Assembly (NCBI GenBank): GCA_001687465.1
Contig: LVLI01000295.1
Location: forward strand, 124,001-188,000
Length of the DNA: 64,000 nt
Direction of reading: 5' to 3'
Origin: Halocafeteria seosinensis
Taxonomy: Eukaryota
In this document: piece after piece, positions 38,301-47,721 of the stretch
How positions within the stretch are numbered: position 1 is the stretch's first letter
How the letters are laid out: the number at the start of each line of letters is the position of its first letter
Program-made: the position numbers and the translations under genes
The notes under the pieces: generated by a model
Databases searched by the model: none
What the model was told of the DNA's origin: nothing
The model's input: the letters and a program-made list of their open reading frames with translations, nothing else

Positions 38301-40589
38301 TCCTTCTGCTCGTTTCTTTCGGTCCTCATCTGTTTGGCGCATCCGTTCCATTTTCTCTGACAGTTGCTGCTGCATCCTCCGTAACCGCCTCCTCATATTT
38401 CCAATTTCTTGTGCCACGGCAGAGCGATACCCCAGGTTTCGTGCGGAATTATTGGCAGTCTGCAGAAGCTCTGTGTTCTTGAGTGCCGCCCGTAGCATTG
38501 TGCGAGCGTATTTTCCTTTCATTTCGACTCCCTCGTCTAGTGCCCGTTGTTGAAATGAAACGCCATTGACGGTGGACGTTATTACTTGATTGTTAGCCAC
38601 ATTGGTAGCACGTCTTGTCAGCAGATCGGCTATATCCTTGCAGTCGAATGCATTGGGCAACTGGCCTTCATGAAGAGCACTCTGCAGCGCAGAAGTAGCC
38701 CGCCCTGAAGAAGCCGCGAGATGAGCAATTAAAGGGTGGACAATGTTCTCTACTTCTGCGGTCTTCAAACTTTTCCCGTTTGAATCGGTCCACGACTTAA
38801 GTTTGGCTTCTAATTGCTCTACCTCCTCTTTTAGCTTTTTGGTCTCGTCATCAGCCAATGCGTCTTCCTGTGGTACCCCTTGCTTACCCTGGTCTTGAGT
38901 ATTCGACTCGCCAATACCGTCTGACGTTCTCGTGTCGTTGTCTCCCATATTCTCATCCTCACTATCACTCAACACGATTACATCCCGCCTATCAGCGTCA
39001 TTGTCTCGTTTCAGCTGTACTTTGTCAAGTGGACGACTGCCTGTCACTCCTGCAGCATGCGCAGGTCGTGCATCGCGAGAAGCCAGTCCTTTCTTTTCTC
39101 TGCTGGTCATAGCTTTTTGCTTAATCATTTCACTGAGTCGATCAACACGGTCCCATCGCTCTTCATCCGTCACCTGTCGAAGTTGCATCAACCGCTGAGC
39201 TTTCTCTAGTTTCTTTTCCTCTTCCGTCTTCGGCCGTTGTTTTTCTTCTTTTGTAGACTCGTCTTCTTCCTCCTCGTCGCTTTCTGCTTTTTCCGTTTTC
39301 GGTCGTTTTCCTTTTGTGGACTCGTCTTCTTTCTCCTCCCGTTCGCTTCTTTCTTTTTCGGTTTTCGTTAGCGGCTGTTCTTCTTTTGGGGACTCTTCTT
39401 CGTGTCTCTGTCCTTCCACTCTTGGCGTTTGTTTCTCCGTTGTGGGCTCCTCCATTTCTTCACTTCCCCTCTCTCTTGTCGTCGTGTCTTGAAGTTCATC
39501 TTCATCTTCTTCGTCCCCCTCTTTGACCTTGGAAGATGAAGCCTGTTCGCTTTCAGCTTGACCTCCTGCGTCAGCAGTGGCGTCTTCCTCCTTCCAGCGA
39601 TTAGAGTTATCAGTCGTTGCTTCGCCATCATCCTCGCAATTATCCGTGTCCTCAAAGTGCGCCTTGGCAGCAGCAGCCTTTTCTCCCCCCTCTAGAGAGT
39701 GATCGGCTTCACTATGGTTCACTTTGTCAACATCCCGATTTCCAGTTCCCTTGTCTTCTCTGTCTAGCTGTGCGTCGTTGTGGTCCTTCGCAGGCTTCAC
39801 AATGCAATTTTCATTGCCATCCAAGTTGTCTTCGGTACCATCTTCCCCATGATTTGCTTCATGATTATCATCGATATGCTCGGACTTTTCTTTCATTTCT
39901 GCTGTAGATATCTGTGTTTCGTCAGGCTTCAAAACGGAAGTATCATCCCCATGTACTCTGTCTCCGGCATGATTTTCCCCATGATTTGCTTCATGATCGC
40001 TACGCTCAACGAAGTTCTCGTCCATTTCTTCGACAACGGAATTTTCACCTCCACCAAAGTTGTCTCGACTATTATCTTCCCCCTGATTTTCTGCATGAGT
40101 ATCATCAGTGCACCCGTGCTTTTCTTCCATTTCTTGTGTAAATATCTGTGCTTCATCAGTCGATGTCTGGTTCCGGGTGCGCGCGCTCTCTCCATCCTCC
40201 CTTACATTGTCGTCATCGGCTGACGCTGGATTATCATCCTCCTCCTGATCAGAGGAAGTAGTACGCCTAGCTCCAAAACGTTGGTTATCCGAGGGGGAAT
40301 TGTCCTGTGTGCTTTCTAGTTGACGCGCAACCTCATCTTCTTCCTCTTCTGGGGCGCGCTCGGAGCCACGCTGCCGTCGTTTCTCACTTTGAGGGTCCGT
40401 GGTCAAGCATTTATTTCCTTCATCACCCGTATTATCACGAACATCAGAAGTCTCTTTCTCCCTGAAGGAGCTCTTTGGGGTCGTCATTGCACCAGAAAGA
40501 GCAGATGAAGAGGAAGACTCTCTTGTCCAAGAGGGGTCCTCCCCGGACGTTGTCTCCCGTTCTTGTGCCTCTACACCCTCCATTTCCAC
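35307..40589 (-). CDS. Large acidic disordered protein with Mrc1/Claspin-like domain
   Basis: Intronless, 1760 aa. 'LVEAEASEGEEEDD..EGIVDDVSSDEEDD..ELQRKLDEQQVKTVIRAVKEG..KKRR' resembles the MRC1 domain; PIP-like 'KQQPTLFGLF'. Confidence 0.55.
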   Translation of the reverse strand: MEMEGVEAQERETTSGEDPSWTRESSSSSALSGAMTTPKSSFREKETSDVRDNTGDEGNKCLTTDPQSEKRRQRGSERAPEEEEDEVARQLESTQDNSPSDNQRFGARRTTSSDQEEDDNPASADDDNVREDGESARTRNQTSTDEAQIFTQEMEEKHGCTDDTHAENQGEDNSRDNFGGGENSVVEEMDENFVERSDHEANHGENHAGDRVHGDDTSVLKPDETQISTAEMKEKSEHIDDNHEANHGEDGTEDNLDGNENCIVKPAKDHNDAQLDREDKGTGNRDVDKVNHSEADHSLEGGEKAAAAKAHFEDTDNCEDDGEATTDNSNRWKEEDATADAGGQAESEQASSSKVKEGDEEDEDELQDTTTRERGSEEMEEPTTEKQTPRVEGQRHEEESPKEEQPLTKTEKERSEREEKEDESTKGKRPKTEKAESDEEEEDESTKEEKQRPKTEEEKKLEKAQRLMQLRQVTDEERWDRVDRLSEMIKQKAMTSREKKGLASRDARPAHAAGVTGSRPLDKVQLKRDNDADRRDVIVLSDSEDENMGDNDTRTSDGIGESNTQDQGKQGVPQEDALADDETKKLKEEVEQLEAKLKSWTDSNGKSLKTAEVENIVHPLIAHLAASSGRATSALQSALHEGQLPNAFDCKDIADLLTRRATNVANNQVITSTVNGVSFQQRALDEGVEMKGKYARTMLRAALKNTELLQTANNSARNLGYRSAVAQEIGNMRRRLRRMQQQLSEKMERMRQTDEDRKKRAEGKGKLRAQRFLEKIGAADVAEKHTDASISVADQEAKRTQEEQPTPDEKREDEDSKGREEKMVVEDDPRRASKLPVASESLRGETENSLSMPSSPQLSGESISTTKTESGESNTLSQAPQVKRTYGTQKPKRAGDGSTNTSGEEHLDAIYSSATSAHSMPTPRESNIAHESASGEQESHMSLPTSSLVAEKSESTSSEAHGRTASTTPSSAAPALVVDGPKQHVAKDGSITKSVKQQPTLFGLFSGKNASSAETSANASESKPPKTSSTAFENFFLKKVSTGKEATDEPIGDQKPAESRETSKHEESEPEYTGEEDEENEGDNENGGDNEDEDDNEDDDESSSEKQYHESDKPRNSKYAEMIRKEMEKESTRKREQQEYKKALLAQGKTEEEIGELVEAEASEGEEEDDQVKQLSMIGNFTNSDEQQKAAQTAEEQKEEQEALGYNVDLSEALEGIVDDVSSDEEDDVDQAFVAELQRKLDEQQVKTVIRAVKEGHNKYRKKRRSTNNRARANLEKMEEAEDAFEEYDDEAAIEQREKQKRERGAEEYGARVSTEDKDLAADDEGLFDSESEDDGEERGNEEGSSAEDEEDDNDHFDVQTALQKAVQRCRQRAKGSSEQVEQQTESAEETEGHADATVFTRKRRRGACMFSYGEDLGKLRREESQTQNTPVSDHQYGSPLDSLLDSERNDGTMKLPAEEQEVAKHRRVGFCEEVKPAVPADGSTAMEGCQNASRVDAPRDATRDTGKQANTEEATSSISTSTSSQIHDQEPAGGSMLQQALRSVGVSAPQSGNLVYSDASAAEPTPIARASSAPPSFEENIGSESVLMSGFSDQPFNSESTMHGFGSFGHSATEGYSNDGHLQSNWDTWLNLDSLPDWDSHSKYAHLSLKRQNDGAVTNTSVQRSASGSASRGGRVSTKGARGFVFQKAKKDSSAKQSDPPTQESAPQTAPTTSRPKKPTNILGKRSNSMLLKAIGENKGYRGLIDANKKQKGDSSDGL

Positions 40590-40711
40590 TACAAGACTTA
40601 AAAATACCTATACTATTAAAAAGAGAATGATTTCTTTTATCGAATCAGCCAAGCAAAGTAGCATGGAACAACACTAGAGGGGGCAAAATCTGCCCTTCTA
40701 ACTTTTTCGTT

Positions 40712-40770
40712 TTTGAAATTGGGCCATTTGAATTGGAAGCTCTCATTTGAATTGCACACTTCAACAACGG
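40712..40770. promoter_or_regulatory. CHR-like cluster (TTTGAA x3) plus AACGG in the divergent promoter of the Claspin-like and NF-YC-like genes
   Basis: TTTGAA at 40712, 40727 and 40746 (two as CATTTGAATTG); CAACGG at 40765. Confidence 0.45.
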
Positions 40771-41016
40771 CAAGAACTTAGCGTACAACAACTCCATCAG
40801 TTACGTCATGACAACTCCAAGGGATGCGGTCAAGAGTTTGACAGTCATATTTCTTGAGTCTAGCCAGCCCATGATGAAGAAACCGTGGTTCGCGAGATCT
40901 CGGAGACTGGATTGATTTGTAATACTGTGGTATGCGAAACGGGAAAGAATTGAGGACGACACATGGAGAGTGTGCTATACTAGTTTCAGACGAACAAATT
41001 CTTAGCAGTAGGTCAA

Positions 41017-41651
41017 ATGGCGAACTTTGACGGGCGTTCATGGCTCTATGCCGAGGGTGAAGTCCCATTGATTGAGGACGCTGTTCAGCGGGCATACATC
41101 TCGGCCAAAGAGGACAACACCTGCGCTACCTATTCCGTTGGTGGTGATAGGCGACAGTATGCAGTCCAAGTGCTCGAGCATTTCTGGATCCAGTACTCAA
41201 GGAACTGTTCCGTAGCTCTTCAGTCCGTCAGAACGAGCCACGAAGACGAAGTAAACGAAGTATGGCAGTATCGCTACCCAAAAAACTAATGCTTGAAGTC
41301 AATTAGACTAGATGCTTTCCTGCAGATCTTGCGGAGTGACCTACCTATTTCGGGTATCAAGCAGATTATGAGGAGTAACCAAGAAGTTGAGATGGTCAGC
41401 GATGAGGCTCCTATGTTGCTAGCGCAAGCCGTGGAATGTTTCAGCCTAGATATGTTAATACGGTAAGTCACATGGGGAGAATGAGGACATTGGCTTTGTA
41501 TTCAGCGTACTACCGCTCTCACAGAGCGAGAGACAAAGCTGTTACAGAGAACGGTGGCAACGAGGACACAGCACTCGTACAAACGGACCACTTGGACAGC
41601 GTAACTGATGATGTCGTATATTTCGATTTCCTGAGAGAGTCAAGTATCTAG
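41017..41651 (+). CDS. NF-YC/H2A-like histone-fold protein with N-terminal WWE-like extension; true start may lie upstream (~40810-40870)
   Basis: Spliced product: 'DLPISGIKQIMRSNQEVEMVSDEAPMLLAQAVECFSLDMLIRA...LVQTDHLDSVTDDVVYFDFL'; introns 41260-41325 and 41463-41524. Confidence 0.7.
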
Positions 41652-41703
41652 TCTGAGTTAGGCATCATACACAGAGCATCGGATAAATGATATACGACGG
41701 AGC

Positions 41704-43387
41704 TCATACTGCTTTGTCTTCTGTATATAGGAAGATATATCCGGTCACAACAAACCCGATCATTGTCATAATACCCGCAGCATAATAGGGGTATGCAGTG
41801 GTAATAAACCGTTCGAATTCATTATGCCAAAAGGGTCGAACCGATACGACATCTTCCTCCTTCAATACTGTCAGTGCGGGTCTACGATACATCACTCTAA
41901 ATTTGTAGATCCCATGCTGGTCCGGTGCCTTGAAAGTACCAGTGTACGTGCCATTGCTGGATGGCTTCATTGTTGTTCTCACGTAAGGATCGAGCATAAC
42001 AAACTCTAGCTGGACGTCATCAGCAATGTAAGGTGTCCACTTTCCCGCAGATCCATCCCACTGTAGAATATCTATAGAATATCTCAAATCATCCTTTGCT
42101 CGATACACGAGGGACTGACGAGCAAGTTCGGGGTCAGAAAACATTGACTTCGGCAAGTCTTCCTGTTTCTTCTTCTTCAGCAAATGCTCTGGAGGAGATC
42201 CATCGATTCGCGCATGCCAAGTATTGTCTGTCCGTAAGACGCCTTCTTCTTGGAAAGTCCATGAAAGCAGAGAGTCGCAAAACTCACTATTGTCACTGCT
42301 GTCCTTCTTGGCGTTACTGTGAGCTGCCTTTACACCGCGCTTCCTCGCATCATCGCTACAAGTCCAAAGAGAACCGAGGAAGGTGACTCGAGAGTTTGTA
42401 CGCGTCTGCACCCCGCTCGCCAACAAGACATCTGATCCGGCCGCTTCCAAAGAGCTGGAGGCAACTTTGCCGGGCTTCGCACTGTATCCAGTGTCGCTCG
42501 CGGCGAGTACTGGGTGAATGAGCACACTGTCTTCGTTGATTGAGTGTGCGATACCATCATAAAGAATGTAGCTGTTTGTAGCACTTATCGCACTTCCTCC
42601 TTTGTCCGACCCCAATTTGCCCACTAGGTGCTTGTTGGTGGTCATTTGGTTAGTAATTACTCTCGTGTGGCCACCATCATCGCTGTTGTCTACGTTGAAA
42701 TGGTCTATTACACGAGTATCTGCAATTATTAGTTGGAGTATGGTATCGTAATGTACTCTTTTGTGTAACAGTAGCATAAGGATTCTTCGCTTACCTTTAT
42801 CGTGGAAATCAACGCCAAATTCAGTGGCAAAGTTGCGGTTAAGCGGAGAGGCCGTGTGATTGACCATCATGAACACATTTCCTCCCTCGGCGACGAAGTC
42901 TTTTAACCCAGTTGAATCCACACCTCCATAAGCTGAAAACAACAATACAGCAGGAGACCACGTCGATCCAGACGACATTGTGGACACCGACCCATTCCAA
43001 CCAACTTACTGTAAGCCGTAGGCGCCATTGCGATGACATGGTCGTACTTCTGTGCCTTGTACTGACGCAGGAGAATCTTATCTTCGTTAACTAACTTGTA
43101 TTCGACCGAAAATCCTCGACCTGTATTCCCATAAGCAACAATACAGCATCAGTATCCGGAACCGATTAAGATACTTGATTGGTTTTATCCCTCGAGAACA
43201 CTGTATCAGACGTACTTTTCAGGCCTGAAAACAGCTGGCTAAATGCGGTCTTCTGTCCTTTATCATTCAGTATTGCTAGAACCCGCGGTCCGGTGGCTGA
43301 TTTTGCCTCTGTAGACTGTATACCAAGGAGATGGAGGGCTAAAAGCCCCACACCTACGAGGTTGACGAACCCTCTAAACGCAGCCAT
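41704..43387 (-). CDS. DDOST: Oligosaccharyltransferase 48-kDa subunit (OST48/Wbp1)
   Basis: Signal peptide; 'FVAEGGNV', 'VIDHFN', 'QTRTNSRVTFLGS', 'DVQLEFVMLDPYVR', 'PDQHGIYKFRVMYRR', 'HNEFERFITTAYPYY', C-terminal TM. Confidence 0.95.
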
Positions 43388-43733
43388 TCCTCTCAAAATT
43401 CATGGATTTCAAATGCGATAAAAGGGCTTCCACCTTCACCACGACGGCATTGGTTCTCCCACTGGGCAATTGACGGCAATACAAGAGCACATACAGTCAG
43501 TAATATTTGACCGTGGGCCTCCCTACTCGAAGCCCCTTTGAATCCTTTTTTGTTGTTTCCGAACTAAGTGAACGTAAAGTTTGCACGCTTTAGGTTGCTG
43601 CGAAGCCGCATAACCAAACTCTCACAATAATTAATGCACTAGTCGTTAGGGAATTGTTGGTAGATTACACACGGTATTGTCCAGTATTGAGTGCTCTCCT
43701 GTCTCGTTCCGGACGGGAGTTCATTGAGGGAAA

Positions 43734-46357
43734 ATGACGGCCACAGTAGCGCTCAATGACATCCAGTTCGACTTCGAGCCTTTCATTCCAGCCCCTGCGC
43801 ATGCAGCGCATGTGGATGAAAGGGGAGAATGGTGGACTCCTTCCGGCCGGAAGAAGAAGAAGGTGGTCTGCCGTTTCTGGTTGCGAGGACGATGTATGAA
43901 GGACATGGAGTGCGAGTACTTGCATGTGGTATGTGGCCTTTTAGCGTGATCATTCGCCGAAACAACGTTTATATGATGTGATGGGAATGCAGTACGATGA
44001 TAGTAAAATGCCGGAATGCAAATATGGACTGAAATGTAATATCAAAGGATGTCCCTTCAAACACACTTCCCAGGAAGAAAAGGAGGAGTGCAATAATTAT
44101 AGACTGGGATTTTGCAGCTTTGGACCCTTGTGCCGATTCAGGTGCGTATGAAAAATCATTGAGTTTTACTCATGCAGACTAACGTTGGTTCGCGTCATGT
44201 TTGTGTATGTACTTGACCCAGACACGTGAAACGGGGACCTGAAGAGCTTCCGGATATTTCCGACCTGTGGATTGAGGGTAATCAGCTGATACCCAACAAG
44301 AATACCGCAAATAAACAAGAATCTGAGGCTTTTGAAGACCAAGAAGATGATGACGAATCTTATGGAGGGCATCAACCAGGTAAGTAACTTGAACTGCACA
44401 TAGGCGAGTTTCCGGTAATGTATCGACTATGTTGCATAGTTGTCTTGCCTTCACAGATTTGAAGGAATTGGTAAGAGCTTATCGCAAGTTTGCCGAAGAA
44501 TGGGAACTGCCTGATAGAGATGTATCGGAGCCTAAATATTTTTTGATAAAATCTCCCACGCTTTTGAATATTGGGAAGTCGCTGAAGTTGCAAAAGTGGG
44601 TGTGCTCGCCGGAGCAACTATCAAACGTCCAAAAAGCATGGACAGACGCAGGGAAGCACGTGTATTTATTTTTTTCAGTCTGGAACCGGAAGCATTTTCA
44701 AGGAGTAGCTCGTATCACCGGTGAACCTCAACTCAATGAGGAGCAAAATATTGGCGAGTTCGACGTGGAATGGATTCGCACTTGCGCTCTGCCTTATCCG
44801 GACACAATGGGACTCCAGAATCCTCAAGCAAGTATGATGCCTCTTCCCATTAATCCGTCTTGGCAAGAGTTACCGCTTCAGTTGGGAAGGGCAATGATGG
44901 TGCTGATTCGCTGTGCCCCTAAGGTTCATATTAATCCTGATACTCTGGTCAAATCATCATCAAATGCTGAGACCCACGGCAAGTCTGCTATTGAAGAAGT
45001 TGATTGGCAACTCCAACTCCCTGGTCGACCGGAAAATGAAGATATTGGTGGTATGTTCCAGAACCGTATGATGCCGCGACGTCCAATGGGTATGCCACTA
45101 CTTCCTCGAAATCCGATGCCACCCCGTCCCATGCACCATCCGCCACCACCCCCTCATTATCCCCCAAGACCACCTCCAGGAGCAACTGAGGGTCCACAGG
45201 GCCAATTGATAGAAAAACTTGTTCAAAAATGGGCCCATAGAGATGGATTCTTATTGGAATGTGATGCGGAAAACGTAAAGGAATGCTTACAGAATATGAC
45301 GTTTGGAGGTTCCGATTCGGTGAGACAACTAATGGAGCAACACAACGTACGCAAAGGCACCCCGATGTTAGTTAGAAACTTAACAGATGGTCATTTACTT
45401 GGTCTGTTTCACGCATCGACGCATCCTGGTATCTATATTCCCGAAGGCCTGAAATCGTCCAATCCGGAACTTGAAATGGAAAACGGGGCTGCGATCCAAA
45501 TCCAAGTACACCCATTTATTAGGCTCCAACCAGCTGCGGAAAGGATATATGCACCAGCGTTTCCTGCGAAACCACGAGCCGGACCGCTATCGACAACGAT
45601 CCTGTTAAATGTTGGCCGAAGACTCCTTCACCCTCTGCCTCCACAACTCCTGCACCGGATTGCCCACGATGTCCTCGGGGACGATGAGGCTGGGCTTCCA
45701 CAGGATCCCAATATGCATATGGGCACACAACAGAGGCAAGACCACGGTCAAGGTTATCAGCAGAATCCTAACCTAGCCCCAGCCCCAGCCCCAGCTCCAG
45801 CTCCAGCTCCAGGTCGAGGTCCGTTAAAGCCACAGCAGGAAGCGTTCAAGCAAAAAGCTAACGCTAACACACCGTCGACTAACCATCCAGCAGGGATCCC
45901 GATGCAAAATCAGAGAAGCGGGGGACCAATGCAGCCGAGGGAACGAAGGAATGAATATAATGATGAAGACTACCATCGGAGTCCGTCCAGGTATGGCGAT
46001 GACCAACGCGTTAATTCGGCTCGGCGAAGTGAAGCTTACTCTCAAGGACAGGGACAGAGATATGACCAGGGTTCCCATCATAGCTCAAAGTCGCGTGATA
46101 GGACGCGTACACGCAGTAGAGAAACTTCACAATCCCAAACGAGATCCCACAAACAACGAGATGACAAATCCGGAGGAAGATCCTATCGCTCTTCTTCCCG
46201 TAGTACGCAGAAAGATTCCGACCGTGACAGGAGTTCTAGACGCCGCGGTAGTAGTCGCTCAACAGATCGCCATGAAGAGCACAGACGTCGAACTGATAAA
46301 CGACCACGTGGCGGTGATCGAGATGATGGAGAACGAAGGCAACGAAGGAGGAGATAA
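43734..46357 (+). CDS. CPSF30: CPSF30 long form: three CCCH zinc fingers + YTH + DCD-like domain + RS-rich tail
   Basis: 'VVCRFWLRGRCMKDMECEYLHVYDDSKMPEC', 'ECNNYRLGFCSFGPLCRFRH'; YTH 'YFLIKS..VYLFFSV..HFQGVARI..FDVEW'; DCD-like 'GFLLECD..ECLQNMTFG..KGTPMLVRN..LLGLFHAS'. Confidence 0.85.
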
Positions 46358-46462
46358 TTGTCTGGTCTTTTCAGTATGTCTGCCACTTAACATATCAGAC
46401 GAAGATCTCATGCTGTTGTCCACTTCCTGCACGTCCGTCCGCATAGCTATCTATACCGGTTA

Positions 46463-47145
46463 TCATGACGGACACTTAAACTTTACAACGTAAGGACATG
46501 TCCTTGCAACTTCCTGGCATCTCTTGATACCCCATTGCCAAATTTTATCTTCCACTTTGGGCGCTGAAACACGCGAATCCCCTATATTTACTGTCGAACA
46601 TTCGTGAAATCCATCGCACTCTTCCTTCTTCCCCCTGCGGCAAATAACGCCTGCATCCATCATAGGTAACAATTGCCATTTGGCGACTGTCTTACCCTAA
46701 CTCAGTGCAAATAGCGATTTCTCGACATAGCCATCTTCTGTATTCCCGTCTACAATCGCTGCATCGTGAAGAATTTACACACTAAACATGATGAATGCAT
46801 ATATATTACCGTCGGTTGGTTGGCGGGTACCTACTCGCAGGTGCCGATTCCATACGGGTGATCACAGTCATACGAGCGAAACAGAGCTTCCAGTCTGAAC
46901 TTGAATTTCGTCACGAAATGCTCCTCCCAACTTGTCAAGTTGACGGCAACATGTACAGGAACGGCGTAGTATGAGGTATTCATCCCGGATGGAACCAGGT
47001 CTTCAACATTGGAGCATTCCGTTAATTGCTCTCTAGGGACCGCGCACCTGGTGCCCGCTCCAGCAACTACTGGCGCACATAAGACTAGTGCTAATACTAG
47101 CGTAATCAGCCTTGATAAGCTGAATGCGCCCTCGCACGAAGCCAT
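46463..47145 (-). CDS. Mid1/NLF-1/FAM155-like cysteine-rich channel auxiliary subunit, 181 aa
   Basis: Exons 47145-46835, 46758-46696 and 46634-46463 (76- and 61-nt GT-AG introns, phases consistent). Signal peptide, then 'YDCDHPYGIGTCDDCRREYRRWLC...RCQEVARTCPYVVKFKCP'. Confidence 0.7.
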
Positions 47146-47289
47146 GAACCTAGTTAAACTCTCTTCCAATCATCCATCCGCGGACTTATTCAACCACGTA
47201 AGTCATCCGTGCTCAACATACTGCCGCTCCCATGGAACGCAGCGCCAATAAAGGACACCTATGCTACCTGTATATGAACCTATTCGGCC

Positions 47290-47370
47290 TCGCCACTGTC
47301 AAACAACTCCAGAGTGGCGATTATTGCACACGAAGGCGAAAGTGGCAGAAAAGATTGCACGGAAGGCGAA
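47290..47370. promoter_or_regulatory. Duplicated ~29-nt element and 8-bp inverted repeat in the divergent promoter
   Basis: agtggc..attgcac(a)(c/g)gaaggcgaa at 47313-47340 and 47341-47370; tcgccact (47290) and agtggcga (47313) are inverted. Confidence 0.35.
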
Positions 47371-47721
47371 CACTAAAGTCTAGAGTCTAGGTCGAGAACG
47401 TGGGTATTGTAGGGCACATCCACATTCGACAGTAGCGTATACTATGACAATGTTGATGGTAGATGTTAGTCTGGCTAAAAGCTCCTCGATCGCTCTAGTG
47501 TGTGAATATCCCGAAGGGTGAAAAGATTGCCGAGGCTATTGCCATCACCTATTGAGGAGTATATACACGACAGCAGCCCTTGTGGTGGTTTGTCACTACC
47601 CCACTTGACACATCAATTTGTGATCGAGTGGAGTTGTTTGCACCGAGAGTGACAGGACCACTTGAAAGGTTGAAGGAACTGCAGTGGTCTCCAGCAGGTA
47701 ATAGTCACGTCTCCGAGCAAG

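Noticed and set aside
35417..40677. Many antisense and alternate-frame ORFs over the 1760-aa gene, and similar ones over DDX21 and IFT140
   Set aside because: Shadow ORFs caused by codon and low-complexity bias.
41463..41505. Apparent frameshift or ultra-short intron in the NF-YC-like gene
   Set aside because: An ordinary 62-nt intron ending at the CAG at 41524 restores the frame.
45775..45812. Hexamer repeat (ccagcc/ccagct)
   Set aside because: Ordinary coding Pro-Ala linker in CPSF30.
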